Part shown: piece after piece, positions 51,354 through 64,000 of the stretch
How positions within the stretch are numbered: the first letter of the stretch is position 1
Layout: each line of letters opens with the position of its first letter
Assembly (NCBI GenBank): GCA_035501615.1
Contig: DATJVY010000058.1
Span: 1-64,000, forward strand
Direction of reading: 5' to 3'
Source: Myxococcaceae bacterium
GTDB taxonomy: Bacteria > Myxococcota > Myxococcia > Myxococcales > Myxococcaceae
DNA length: 64,000 bases
Translations under genes and position numbers: made by a program
Notes under the pieces: model-generated
What the model saw: the letters and a program-made list of their open reading frames with translations, nothing else
Told to the model about the DNA's origin: nothing
Databases searched by the model: none

Positions 51354-52094
51354 TCACTCCACGCGGAGCACTGCGCCCTCGGGCAGCTCGCTCCGGAGGC
51401 GCGCCACGACCAGCTCCACCCGCTCGGGCTCCGCCGCCTCCACCGTCACCCGGACACGGTGGTCTGCCCCCGAGCTCACCGCCGGGTAGCTCCCGATCCC
51501 CACGTCGGGCATCCCCAGCGCCACCCGGTCAAGCGCCGCCGCGATCTCCGACTCGCCCCGTGACAGGTAGAGCGACCGGACGTGCACCGCCCCCTTCGGA
51601 AGCGAGGAGAGCACCGTCTCCAGCTGCAGCTTGAACAGCGAGGGAATCCCCGGCAGCAGGAACATCCCCTCCACCGCGAGGACTGGATATCCCTCCGGCG
51701 CGAGCAGCGTCGTTCCCTCCGGCGCCTCCGCCAGACGGAGCGCCTCCGCCGGAAGCGCGCTCGGGTGGGTGCTCGAGAGAAGCTCGACGATCTTCGGCAG
51801 GCGGACCACCTCCCGCCCCAGCGCCAGGGCCACCGCCCGCACCGTCACGTCGTCGTGGGTCGGACCGATGCCTCCACTGGTGATGACCCAGCGGGCGACC
51901 GCGCGCGCGTTCACCACCGCCCCGACGATCGGCTCGATCTCGTCCGGGACCACGAAGATGGCCCGCAGCGCGATGCCGTGCTCCCGCAGCCGCTTTGTCA
52001 GAAAGGGACCGTTGGCGTCCTCGACCTTCGCCGAGAGGACCTCGTTCCCGATGACGATCGCCGCCGCGCCGGTGCGTGCCATCCCGCCGGGCAC
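51354..52094 (-). CDS. CinA-like / molybdopterin-binding (MoCF) domain protein
   Basis: N-terminal 'AAIVIGNEVL...DEIEPIVGAV...ITSGGIGPTHDD' is the MoCF_biosynth pattern. Confidence 0.55.
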   Translation of the reverse strand: MPGGMARTGAAAIVIGNEVLSAKVEDANGPFLTKRLREHGIALRAIFVVPDEIEPIVGAVVNARAVARWVITSGGIGPTHDDVTVRAVALALGREVVRLPKIVELLSSTHPSALPAEALRLAEAPEGTTLLAPEGYPVLAVEGMFLLPGIPSLFKLQLETVLSSLPKGAVHVRSLYLSRGESEIAAALDRVALGMPDVGIGSYPAVSSGADHRVRVTVEAAEPERVELVVARLRSELPEGAVLRVE

Positions 52095-52095
52095 T

Positions 52096-52725
52096 CTACT
52101 TCCGACCGCGCCGCCGCAGCAGGCCCTGCGCCCGGGCGAGGATCTCCCGCGCCACCGCGTCTGGGCTCCCGCGCCCGTCCACCTGCACCACCCGCTGAGT
52201 CCGCGCGTGCCGCTTCACCACCCGCCGGTAGGCCCGTGCCACTGCCCGCTGCACCTCGTCTGCATCGAAGAGCTCCTCGGCGCCCCCCCGGCCCTGGCGC
52301 CGCCTCGCGGCCGTGCCGGGGTCCACGTCGAGGAAGACGGTCAGGTCCGCCCGGCGGGCTGCCGCATTGAGCGCCTCCACCCAGGCCAGGGGAAGCCGCA
52401 TCCCCTGGTACGCCAGCGACGAGAGGACGTAGCGGTCCGACACCACGACCTTGCCCTCGGCCAGCGCCGGGTCCACCACCGCGGCGAGGTGATGGAGCCG
52501 GTCCGCCGCGAACAGCAGGGCCAGTGCCCGGTCGGAGAGGCCGACCACCTTCCTGGTCAGCGCCTGCCGCAGCAAGGCTCCGATCGGACCGTCCGAGGGC
52601 TCGCGCGTGCTCACCACCGCATTTCCCGCCTCGCGGAGCGACTCCGCCAGACGCGCCGCCTGGGTCGTCGTGCCCGACCCGTCGATGCCCTCGAGAACGA
52701 TGAACCGCCCCGCCCCGGCGCTCAT
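52096..52725 (-). CDS. tmk: Thymidylate kinase
   Basis: P-loop 'LEGIDGSGTTT' and 'DRY' motif. Confidence 0.7.
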   Translation of the reverse strand: MSAGAGRFIVLEGIDGSGTTTQAARLAESLREAGNAVVSTREPSDGPIGALLRQALTRKVVGLSDRALALLFAADRLHHLAAVVDPALAEGKVVVSDRYVLSSLAYQGMRLPLAWVEALNAAARRADLTVFLDVDPGTAARRRQGRGGAEELFDADEVQRAVARAYRRVVKRHARTQRVVQVDGRGSPDAVAREILARAQGLLRRRGRK

Positions 52726-53078
52726 CGCGGCAGCAGCGCCGCCGGGTCGTCCAGGTGGAGCGCCCGGTGCACCGCCTGCAAGGACGCGAACAGCTCCATC
52801 TCCCGCCGGTCGTGGGCCTTGCCGCGCCGGAGCTGGACCCAGGCGTAGATCACCAGCCCGATGGCCACCAGCACGGACGCGGCCCCGAGCACCGGGAAGC
52901 GGATCGAGTCCCAGAAGAGCTTCGCCGCCGCCCCCGCGAAGATGCACGAGGCCACCAGCGCCACCCCCGACCGGGCGAAGTGCGTCGTGCTCTCGCGCAC
53001 CGCGAGCTGGGCCTGAAGCTCCGGGAGCCGGGCGCGGGCCACCTCGGGTGACAGCTCGGTGGAGGGTTCGTCCGTCAA
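52722..53078 (-). CDS. Small membrane protein; its stop overlaps the tmk start (ATGA)
   Basis: Two TM helices. Confidence 0.4.
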   Translation of the reverse strand: MTDEPSTELSPEVARARLPELQAQLAVRESTTHFARSGVALVASCIFAGAAAKLFWDSIRFPVLGAASVLVAIGLVIYAWVQLRRGKAHDRREMELFASLQAVHRALHLDDPAALLPR

Positions 53079-53124
53079 GCGGGGGCGGACCCTACGGCAC
53101 TCGGCCGGGCGCTGACCAGAGCCG

Positions 53125-53670
53125 TCAGGGCTCCTCGGCCCGGAACGTCGCCCCGCACCCGCCGCATCTGTCCATCGACACGGGGCTGCGCTCGCCGCAC
53201 TGGGTGCAGGTCCGCAGCTCCACAGGCTCGCCGCTCGCCGCCGCCGGAACCGCCCAGGGAAGGCGCATCCCGCACCGGTCGCAGAACAGCCCCGAGGCCT
53301 GCACGTTCTTGCAATAGCGGCAGGTCGCCACCGTCGGAGCGACCGCCGCTGGGCCCTCCGACGCCGCCCGGCCTGTGTCCAGATCCACCAGCCCGCCGGC
53401 GAGAACGTCCGGGGCCCCGAGGGCCTGCGTCGCTTCCCATCCCAGGAGCGGATCTCCCGGCACCTCCGGCACCGGCCCGGTCACCGTCCGCTCGAGCCCC
53501 GGAGCAGGCTCGATCGCCAGCGAGAGCCCGTCGGCGGGGAGCTGCGTCGTCTCCAGGCCCTCCAGCGGCACGGTCAACGTCGACGCCCCGGGAGAGGGCC
53601 CGACCTGCTTCCCGCACACCTCGCACTGCCAGCCGGTGACCGGTGCCTCGCAGACGGGACAGGGACGCAC
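53125..53670 (-). CDS. Double zinc-ribbon protein
   Basis: Three CxxC...CxxC units (CPVCE...CEVCG; CRYC...CDRCG; CTQCG...CGGCG). Confidence 0.5.
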   Translation of the reverse strand: MRPCPVCEAPVTGWQCEVCGKQVGPSPGASTLTVPLEGLETTQLPADGLSLAIEPAPGLERTVTGPVPEVPGDPLLGWEATQALGAPDVLAGGLVDLDTGRAASEGPAAVAPTVATCRYCKNVQASGLFCDRCGMRLPWAVPAAASGEPVELRTCTQCGERSPVSMDRCGGCGATFRAEEP

Positions 53671-53677
53671 GGTCGGC

Positions 53678-54307
53678 TCAGATCGGCTGCGGAGAGGGGG
53701 TCATCGGAACGAAGCGGACCGACAGCAGCCGCTGGGTCTCCAGCTCCCCGTCCGCTCCCTTGCGGAGCCGGATGAGTTCCTGGCCATCGTCCTGGCTCCC
53801 GATGGGACCCACCAGCCGGCCCCCGGGCGCGAGCTGCTCCACGAGGGTGAGCGGGATCCGCTCCGGAGCCGCCGTCAGCACGATGGCGTCGAACGGAGCG
53901 GCCTCGGGCCATCCGGCGAAGCCGTCCCCCACCCGGAGGTGGAGTCGAGGCCCGGCGAAGGGCCTGAGATTCTCGGCCGCGCTGCGCGCCAGCCCCTCGC
54001 GCACCTCGATGCTGTAGACGTCGGCGCCGAGCAGATGCAGGACCGCGGCCTGGTACCCGGACCCGGTGCCAATTTCGAGTACGCGGTCCCCCGGCCGGAC
54101 CTCGAGCGCCTCGCTCATCAGCGCCACCACGAACGGCTGGCTGATCGTCTGCGCCTCCCCGATGGGGAGGGCCTCGTCCTGCGAGGCGAGGTCCCGCAGC
54201 CGGTCGGGCACGAAGTCCGCCCGGGAGAGCAGCGTCATCGCCGCCAGCACCCGCTCGTCGCGGATGCCGTGCCGGCGCAGCGCAAGGATGAGGCGACCGT
54301 CCTCCAT
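53678..54307 (-). CDS. pcm: Protein-L-isoaspartate O-methyltransferase
   Basis: SAM motif 'VLEIGTGSGYQAA'. Length and pattern match PIMT. Confidence 0.75.
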   Translation of the reverse strand: MEDGRLILALRRHGIRDERVLAAMTLLSRADFVPDRLRDLASQDEALPIGEAQTISQPFVVALMSEALEVRPGDRVLEIGTGSGYQAAVLHLLGADVYSIEVREGLARSAAENLRPFAGPRLHLRVGDGFAGWPEAAPFDAIVLTAAPERIPLTLVEQLAPGGRLVGPIGSQDDGQELIRLRKGADGELETQRLLSVRFVPMTPSPQPI

Positions 54308-54342
54308 GTCACGCCGAACGTAAAACGGCCGGGCGGGCCTGG

Positions 54343-57216
54343 CTATCCCACCTGCGCCAGGGACAGCTTTCCCTCCCAGCGCTCCTCCAGGGCTCGGTGC
54401 AATCCACGGTGCTCGGGGCGGGTCAGCCGGGAGTCGGTGGCGGCGATGGCCCTGGCCTCCTCCGCCGCCACCGCCGAGAGCGCCTGGTCCCGGCCCAGCT
54501 TGGCCACGCTGAGCTCCGGCAACCCGCTCTGCTTGGTTCCGAGGAACTCGCCCTCACCACGAAATTCGAGGTCCCTCTCGGCGATGACGAACCCATCGGT
54601 GCTCTGCTCGAGCACCTCGAGGCGAGCGCGCGCGTCGGCGCCCCCGGCGAAGGAGGGCAGCAGATAGCAGAACGAGGCGGCCGCCCCGCGCCCCACCCGC
54701 CCCCGGAGCTGGTGCAGCTGCGACAGCCCGAACCGCTCCGCGTGCTGGATGACCATGACCGAGGCATTGGCGACATCCACCCCGACCTCGACGACGGTGG
54801 TGCAGACCAGCGCGTCCACCCGCCCCTTGCGGAAGGCGTGCATCACCGCGTCCTTCTCCTCCTGCTTCAGCCGCCCGTGCAGCAGCTCCACCCTCCGGTG
54901 AGGCCATCGCGCCCGCAGCTCCTCGGCGCCGCGGGTGGCATCGGCGAGGTCGACCTTCTCCGACGCCTCGACCAGCGGGTAGAGCACGTACGCCTGGCGG
55001 CCCTTTCGCAGCTCGAGCTCGACCGCCTCCCAGACCTCCGGCTGCCGTGGAGGCGTGGCCACCCGGGTGGTGATGGGAGTCCGTCCCGGGGGGAGCTCGT
55101 CCAGGACCGACAGATCCAGGTCACCGTAGAGCGTCATCGCCAGCGTGCGCGGGATGGGCGTGGCGGTCATCACCAGCACGTCCGGCCGGCGTCCCTTGTG
55201 ACCGAGCGCCTGCCGCTGGAGCACGCCGAAGCGGTGCTGCTCGTCGATGAGCACCAGCCCCAGCCGGTGAAAGGCGAGCCCTTCCTGGATCAGCGCCTGC
55301 GTCCCGACCGCGATGCGCGTCCGGCCCGACTCCACCGACGCGCGAGCGCGCCGCTTCTCCGCCGGCGTGCCGCCCCCGGTCACCAGCGTCACCTCCACGC
55401 CCGCGGGGCCGAAGAGCCGGGCGAACGTCGCGTGGTGCTGCGCGGCGAGAATCTCGGTCGGCGCCATGAGCGCCACCTGCCACCCGTCCTCCACCGCCAG
55501 TGCCGCGGCCACCACCGCCACCGCCGTCTTCCCCGACCCCACGTCGCCCTGGAGGAGGCGGTGCATCGGCTCGGGCTGCGCCATGTCGCGGCCGATCTCC
55601 GCCACCGCCCGGGCCTGGGCACGGGTCAAGGTGAAGGGCAGGAGCCCGCGGGCGCGGGCGAGCCGCTCTCCGTCCACGTGGAAGGCGATGCCGGGCTCGT
55701 GCTTCACCCCCTGACGCCGCAGCGCCAGTCCCAGCTGGAGGAGGAACAGCTCGTCGAAGGCGAGACGGCGGTGTGCCGGGCTGCGGTGGTCCTCCAGGGC
55801 GGCCAGGTCGTCGTCGGGGGCCGGCTGGTGGATGCGGGCCAGCGCCTCCGCCAGGCTCGGGAGCGCGAGGCGCCGGCGCAGCTCGGGCGGGAGCGGATCC
55901 TCCACCGCGCCGAGGTGTGCCGCGGCCACCCGGGCCACGAGCGTGCGCACCTGGCGCTGCTCGTGGCGCTCGAACCCCGGGTAGATCGGGACGACGCGAC
56001 CGACGTGGAGCGACGGTCCGCTCCCCTCCTCCGCCGGCTCGATCTCCGGGTGAACCATCTCCCGGCCACCCGCCGTGGCCCGGAGCTCCCCGGAGACGAT
56101 GAGCCGCTTGCCCACCGGGACCCGTGACTTCATCCACGGCCCGCTCTGGAACCAGGTGAGCGCGATGCTCCCCGTCTCGTCGGCGAGCACCGCCTGGAAC
56201 CCCCGCTTGCCGGGGCGAATCATCAAGTCTCGCGCCATCCGGACCGTGCCCACCGCCACGCCCCGCTCCCCCGGCCGCAGCTCGCGCAGCGTGGAGAGCG
56301 TGCGCCGGTCCTCGTAGGTGCGGGGAAGCAGGAACAGGAGGTCGCCCACCCGCTGCAGCCCCTTCCTCGAGAGAACCTCGACGAGGCGCGGGGGCACGCG
56401 GATGCCGCTCCCCCCGATGGGCTGGGCCAACGGTCCCCGGCTCGGCGCCGCGACCACGGGGCGCGCCACCTCCTCGTCGGGCTCGGCCGATCGGGGACGG
56501 GAGCGAGCCGGCTTGCGCGTCCGGCTCCGGGTGGGGCGGGGCTCGTCCAGGAGGCCCGGCTGGGCACCGCCAACGGCGCGCCCCCGATGACGGGTGCTCG
56601 CACGCGCGGGGCTCGAGGACGGCGACCGCAGAGGAGGCTCGACCGCCGTGCCCTCCGCGGACGACGGGCCTGGCACGCCGAGGGACTTTGGACGCGCCCC
56701 TCTGGGTGGCGGTACCGCCAGCGCCTCGACCATCGGGGGTTCCGGCGACGGCGGGCCGGCCGGACCAGAGAAGCCTGGACGCGCCCCGCTGGACTCGTTC
56801 CGCGATGGCACCGGGCCGGGGTGCCCGCCCGTCCCCGCCGAGGTGGAGCGAGCCGACGCGGCACGGCGTCCGGTCTCGACCTGGCTCGCACCACCGCCCG
56901 CCGGTCCCCTTCCGGCCACCGCTCGGGTCCCCGGCGGCGCACCCACCGGGACCGCCTGCGATGCCGCCTCCGCCTCACGCACCCGCGGCGCCAGCGCGCG
57001 GAGCGCCTCCCTCGACTCCGGGCCTCCCCGAAGCAGCGCCTGCGCCACTCGCTCCAGGAGCCGCACGTCGTTCCCGGTGCCCGACGCGCGCGCGCCGGCG
57101 AGCGCCGTCTGCACCAGCCCCTCCAGCCCCTTCACCGTCGACAGGCGCGTGAAGTCGCTCTGCGCCAGGAAGCGCAGCGGGGCGACGAGCGGCTGGAGGT
57201 AAGGGACGGAAGGCAT
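54343..57216 (-). CDS. recG: ATP-dependent DNA helicase RecG with a ~260-aa low-complexity Pro/Ala-rich N-terminal extension
   Basis: Wedge domain, then 'GDVGSGKT', 'DEQHRFG' and the helicase C-terminal motifs. Confidence 0.7.
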   Translation of the reverse strand: MPSVPYLQPLVAPLRFLAQSDFTRLSTVKGLEGLVQTALAGARASGTGNDVRLLERVAQALLRGGPESREALRALAPRVREAEAASQAVPVGAPPGTRAVAGRGPAGGGASQVETGRRAASARSTSAGTGGHPGPVPSRNESSGARPGFSGPAGPPSPEPPMVEALAVPPPRGARPKSLGVPGPSSAEGTAVEPPLRSPSSSPARASTRHRGRAVGGAQPGLLDEPRPTRSRTRKPARSRPRSAEPDEEVARPVVAAPSRGPLAQPIGGSGIRVPPRLVEVLSRKGLQRVGDLLFLLPRTYEDRRTLSTLRELRPGERGVAVGTVRMARDLMIRPGKRGFQAVLADETGSIALTWFQSGPWMKSRVPVGKRLIVSGELRATAGGREMVHPEIEPAEEGSGPSLHVGRVVPIYPGFERHEQRQVRTLVARVAAAHLGAVEDPLPPELRRRLALPSLAEALARIHQPAPDDDLAALEDHRSPAHRRLAFDELFLLQLGLALRRQGVKHEPGIAFHVDGERLARARGLLPFTLTRAQARAVAEIGRDMAQPEPMHRLLQGDVGSGKTAVAVVAAALAVEDGWQVALMAPTEILAAQHHATFARLFGPAGVEVTLVTGGGTPAEKRRARASVESGRTRIAVGTQALIQEGLAFHRLGLVLIDEQHRFGVLQRQALGHKGRRPDVLVMTATPIPRTLAMTLYGDLDLSVLDELPPGRTPITTRVATPPRQPEVWEAVELELRKGRQAYVLYPLVEASEKVDLADATRGAEELRARWPHRRVELLHGRLKQEEKDAVMHAFRKGRVDALVCTTVVEVGVDVANASVMVIQHAERFGLSQLHQLRGRVGRGAAASFCYLLPSFAGGADARARLEVLEQSTDGFVIAERDLEFRGEGEFLGTKQSGLPELSVAKLGRDQALSAVAAEEARAIAATDSRLTRPEHRGLHRALEERWEGKLSLAQVG

Positions 57217-57258
57217 CGGCCGGAGACGGGCACGACAGCCTACTCCCGGGGTCCGCCG

Positions 57259-57743
57259 CTACTCCTCGGTCTCCACGAAGAGGACCTCGACCACCTCGTA
57301 CTCGCGGGGCCCACCGGGGCTCTGGACGGTCGCCAGGTCGCCCACCGCCTTCCCGATCAGCCCGCGGGCGAGCGGCGAGGTGACCGAGACGAGCCGGCGC
57401 TTGATGTCCGCCTCCAGCTCGCCCACCAGGGTGTAGGTCACTTCCTTCTCGGTCTCGACGTCGAGGAGCTTCACCGTCGCCCCGAACACCACCTTGTCGC
57501 CGGAGAGCCTCGAGACGTCGACGACCTCGGCGCGGGCGATCCAGTCGTTCAGGGAGTTGATCCTCCCCTCGATGTGCGACTGCTTCTCCTTGGCGGCGTG
57601 GTATTCGGCGTTCTCCCGCAGGTCGCCGTGTCCGCGCGCGACCTCGATCTCCCTGGAGATCTTCAGGCGCTCCACGGTCTGGAGCTGCTTCAGCTCGTCC
57701 TTCAGACGCCGGAGGCCCGACGCGGTGATGGGGATACGGCCGC

Positions 57744-57747
<4 letters not shown>
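57259..57747 (-). CDS. greA: Transcription elongation factor GreA
   Basis: Strong GreA pattern. Its ATG overlaps the carB stop (ATGA). Confidence 0.8.
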
Positions 57748-60983
<3,236 letters not shown>

Positions 60984-61062
60984 CGGAGGGGTCCCTGTAA
61001 CACGTCCAGGGGACAGATCCACCCGCCCCTCCGGGCGCCGTCTCGCCGGGCGCTTCGTCGTC

Positions 61063-62259
61063 TCAGACGAGCGCGGCGGCGAAGTCCCGGAGCCGCTGCA
61101 GGCCCTTCTCGAGCGTAGCGCGCGAGGCGGCGAACGAGAACCGGAGGTGGCCCGGCGCACCGAACGGCTCTCCCGGGACCGCGGCGACCAGCAGGTCCTC
61201 CAGGAGGCGCTCCGAGACGTCGTGCGCGGACTCGAGCTTCTTGCCCTTCCAGCTCTTCCCGAGCCACGCGCTCACGTCGGGGAAGGCATAGAAGGCTCCC
61301 TCGGGCCTCGCGCAGCGGATGCCGGGAATCTGGGAAAGACCGCCGTGCAGAAGATCACGGCGCTGGTGGAACTCCTTCACCATCGCCTGGATCGGCTCCT
61401 GCGGTCCCGTCAGCGCGGCCAGCGCGGCCCGCTGCGTGATGCTGTTCACGTTGGAGGTGGCCTGGTCCTGCACCAGCTGCATCCCGAACACGAGCGCCTT
61501 CGGTCCGGCCGCGTAGCCCATCCGCCAGCCCGTCATCGCGAAGGCCTTGCTCATCCCGTTCACCACCAGCGTGCGGCTCCGCAGCGACGGGGCGACGTTG
61601 GCGACGTTCACGAAGGGCTTCCCGGTGTAGAGGAGCCGCTCGTAGATGTCGTCGGTGATGGCCAGGACGTCGGGATGGCGCTCGACCACCGCCGCCAGCG
61701 CCTCGAGGTTCTCCCGGGGGAGGACCGCGCCGGTCGGATTGCTCGGGCTGTTGAAGATGACTGCCCGCGTCCGCGGCGTGATGGCCCGGGCGAGCGCGGC
61801 GGGGTCGGGGTGGAACCCGTCCTCCACCCGCGTGGGGACGACGACCGGGCGCCCCCCGGCGAGGAGCACCTGCTCCGGGTAGCTCACCCAGTAGGGGGCG
61901 AACATCACCACCTCGTCCCCGTCGGAGAGCAGCGCCTGGAAGCAGTTGTAGAGGGCCTGCTTGCCGCCGTTGGTGGTGATGACCTGCTCGGGGGTGAAGT
62001 CGAGCTGGTTCTCCTCCTTCAGCTTCTTGACGATGGCCGCGCGGAGCTCGGGGATGCCGGCGGTGGCGGTGTACTTGGTGAAGCCCTCCCGCAGCGCCTG
62101 GATCGCCGCCTCCTTGACGTGGGCCGGGGTGTCGAAGTCCGGCTCTCCCGCCGACAGCCCGGCGACGTCCTTCCCCGCGGCGGCGAGGGCCTTGGCCCGG
62201 GCGTTGAGGGCGAGGGTGGGCGATGGCTGGATGTCGGCGAGGCGGCGGGCGAGCTTCAT
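61063..62259 (-). CDS. Aspartate/aromatic aminotransferase (PLP class I)
   Basis: 'NSPSNPTG' and '[10 protein letters not shown]' PLP-lysine motif. Confidence 0.75.
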   Translation of the reverse strand: MKLARRLADIQPSPTLALNARAKALAAAGKDVAGLSAGEPDFDTPAHVKEAAIQALREGFTKYTATAGIPELRAAIVKKLKEENQLDFTPEQVITTNGGKQALYNCFQALLSDGDEVVMFAPYWVSYPEQVLLAGGRPVVVPTRVEDGFHPDPAALARAITPRTRAVIFNSPSNPTGAVLPRENLEALAAVVERHPDVLAITDDIYERLLYTGKPFVNVANVAPSLRSRTLVVNGMSKAFAMTGWRMGYAAGPKALVFGMQLVQDQATSNVNSITQRAALAALTGPQEPIQAMVKEFHQRRDLLHGGLSQIPGIRCARPEGAFYAFPDVSAWLGKSWKGKKLESAHDVSERLLEDLLVAAVPGEPFGAPGHLRFSFAASRATLEKGLQRLRDFAAALV

Positions 62260-62337
62260 GACCCACCCGTACCAGCCCGGCCCGACGTCACTCAAGGGCA
62301 GGAGGGGCACGGCCGGGAGGCCTGTCCCCCGGGGACC

Positions 62338-63761
62338 TCAACCCAGCAACCCCTCGTCCTTCGCCAGCCAGGCCAGGCGCGCCTTGGCCCGCTCGAAGCG
62401 CTTGCGGAGCGTCCCCTCCTCGAGGCCCTCGCCGTCGCCCAGCGTCCCGGCGATGTCCCGGAACGACAGGCCGTGGTCCACCCGGAGGACGAGCAGGTGC
62501 TGGTCCTCGAGCGAGAGCGAGGCGCGAAGTCGCTCCAGCGCGTCCAGCCGGCGGTCGCGGGAGATCGACGCCGTCCCGCGCACCTCCGCCGCGATGCGAC
62601 CCGCCTCGGTGGTGGGCAGGCCCCGCCGCTTTCGCCTCCAACCCTCCTCGCGGAGCCGGACCGCCTCGCGGACGTCCAGCCCCCGCGCACGGACGGCCGA
62701 GCCGTGACCGGCCACCCGGAGGGGTCGGATCTCCGTCAGCGCGTCGTGGATCTCGGCGGCAAGACCCTCGGCCAGATGGGCTCGCTCCTTCCCTGGCGAG
62801 AGGCCCTCGAAGGGGAGGACCGCGATCGACTGGCCGTCGAGCTTGACCGTGACCGGCCGGGTGGAGAGGTCCCAGAAGGCGAGCAGCGCGGCGAGACCGG
62901 TGAGGGCCGCCATCGCCCAGAGGCGGCGCGACCGGCGCCGGGCCTCTCGCTCCGGGAGGAGCTCGAGCAGATCCTCGAGCGCCGCGCCGGCATCCGGGTG
63001 ACGATCCTCGGGAGCCCGCGCCAGCATCCGCCCGAGCACCCGGGCCAGCCGGGCGGGCCGCACCGGCGGCCGCGATGCGCGCGGGAAACCGTCCTCGGGG
63101 GGTGTCCGCCGACCATCGTGCAGAGAAGCGCCCCGAGCGCGTAGACGTCGGTTCGCGCATCCTCCGGCTCGCTCCGCCGCTGCTCCGGGGCCATGAAGCC
63201 TGGAGTTCCCCCATCGACCTTCCGGTGCCCGAAGGCGTGGGCCATGCCGAGGTCGAGGATCTTCACCCGTCCGTCGTCGCAGACGAAGACGTTGCCCGGC
63301 GCGAGGTCGCGATGCACCACGCCGGCCGCGTGCGCGTGGGCGAGCCCGCGGGCGACCTCGACCGCGATGCGCAGCGCCTCCGGGCGAGCGAACCCGCGCC
63401 GCTGGACTCGCTCCGCGACCGTCGCACCGCGGAGCAGCTCGAGGACGAGGTACGGCCCGTGCGGGCTCCGGCCCAGGTCGAAGAGGGTGACGATGTTCGG
63501 GTGCGAGAGCCGCGCCGCCGCCTCGGCCTCGAGGAGGAGCTGCGCCTCCCGCGCCTCGCTCCGCCGCCCCGGGCGGAGCACCTTGAAGGCCACCGTCCGT
63601 CCGAGCTCGAGGTCGCGAGCCTGGTACACCACGCCGAAGCCGCCGCGGCCGAGCTCACGCTGGATCTCGAAGCGGCCCACCCGCGTGCCGGGAGCGAGGG
63701 AGGCCTCCTCCTCCGCCACCGGCTCGGGCGCCCGGAAGAGCTCCTCCAGGAGCGCCGACAT
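62338..63761 (-). CDS. Ser/Thr protein kinase. The Hanks-type catalytic domain continues into a TM segment and a C-terminal sigma-70 region-4-like HTH only if one G is added to a G6 run (63097-63102). Apparent -1 frameshift.
   Basis: Kinase subdomains I-IX lie in one frame up to 'DVYALGALLCTMVGGHPP'. The kinase C-lobe ('...RPARLARVLGRMLARAPEDRHP') continues in the -1 frame. Confidence 0.55.
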
Positions 63762-63909
63762 CGCTCCGGGCTGAACCGTGATCGACTGGACCGTCTCCAC
63801 CTGCGTCACCCCTGCATCCGCGACTGGATTGCTGCATTCTTCCGGAGCGCCCGCCCACCCGGGGAGAAGTCTCCCCCGGGTCAGGCTGGACCCTCCGGGG
63901 AGGATTCCC

Positions 63910-64000
63910 ATGAGCTCGCTCGCCGATGCCCTCTTCGCCCTCTCTCCCGACGTCCGGTACGTCGCCCTCCTCCAGGGCAGGACGCTCGAGCTCCGCGCGC
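63910..64000 (+). CDS. 5' end of a gene running off the window (MSSLADALFALSPDVRYVALLQGRTLELRA); the N-terminus looks Roadblock/LC7-like
   Basis: ATG with GGGAGG 6-7 nt upstream. Only 30 codons visible. Confidence 0.3.
   Translation, partial: MSSLADALFALSPDVRYVALLQGRTLELRA

Overview
This is a very GC-rich (about 70-75%) bacterial chromosomal window. The repertoire suggests a myxobacterium-like (Myxococcota) genome: a Myxococcus-type cysteine-rich repeat protein, Ser/Thr kinases, giant TPR proteins, and an ECF sigma factor with a C-terminal Cys-rich tail resembling the CorE type. All assignments rest on reading the translated ORFs for motifs; no searches were run.

Layout, left to right:
- 1-5734: a lower-GC accessory islet. 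It carries a nucleotidyltransferase-fold gene, two lower-GC unknown genes, three small HTH genes including a frameshifted excisionase-like gene, and it ends in a fragment resembling the 3' end of a tRNA. This looks like the right end of an integrative element.
- 5742-22000: mostly core and membrane functions. These include DoxX, a CHRD lipoprotein, panE, a nitroreductase-family gene, a metallophosphoesterase, a DUF3300/DUF2950 lipoprotein pair, an MFS transporter, an amidohydrolase, a TPR protein, and a cysM-rhodanese operon.
- 21935-24590: an isolated SPFH (band-7) gene, then about 1.5 kb with no convincing gene but a degenerate tRNA-like element.
- 24589-31154: a phosphoesterase-rich envelope locus. 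Two phosphoesterases (phospholipase C / AcpA family) flank a Cys-rich repeat protein and an outer-membrane beta-barrel, next to an N-terminally truncated NmrA-like remnant and a CorE-like ECF sigma.
- 31316-36640: rpiA, a 930-aa protein with a C-terminal M28 peptidase fusion whose start codon overlaps a divergent GNAT gene, and tRNA-Val(CAC).
- 36691-39107: an operon of an Hsp70-like protein, an SCP2 lipid-binding protein and a phasin-like coiled-coil protein.
- 39202-51325: a CHAP lipoprotein, a GT2 glycosyltransferase, a Zn-ribbon/TQVFGG-repeat/TM/TPR protein, comEA, lysC, hutH, and a 1658-aa TPR protein coupled to hutH.
- 51354-62259: a long minus-strand housekeeping array (cinA-like, tmk, pcm, recG, greA, carB, aspartate aminotransferase) with several ATGA/GTGA start/stop overlaps.
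- 62338-63761: a Ser/Thr kinase that needs a frameshift in a G6 run.

No CRISPR array, rRNA or classical defence operon was recognised. The best candidates for new biology are the island remnant with its two homopolymer frameshifts, the Hsp70/SCP2/phasin-like module, the M28-fusion protein, the DUF3300/DUF2950 pair and the phosphoesterase locus.
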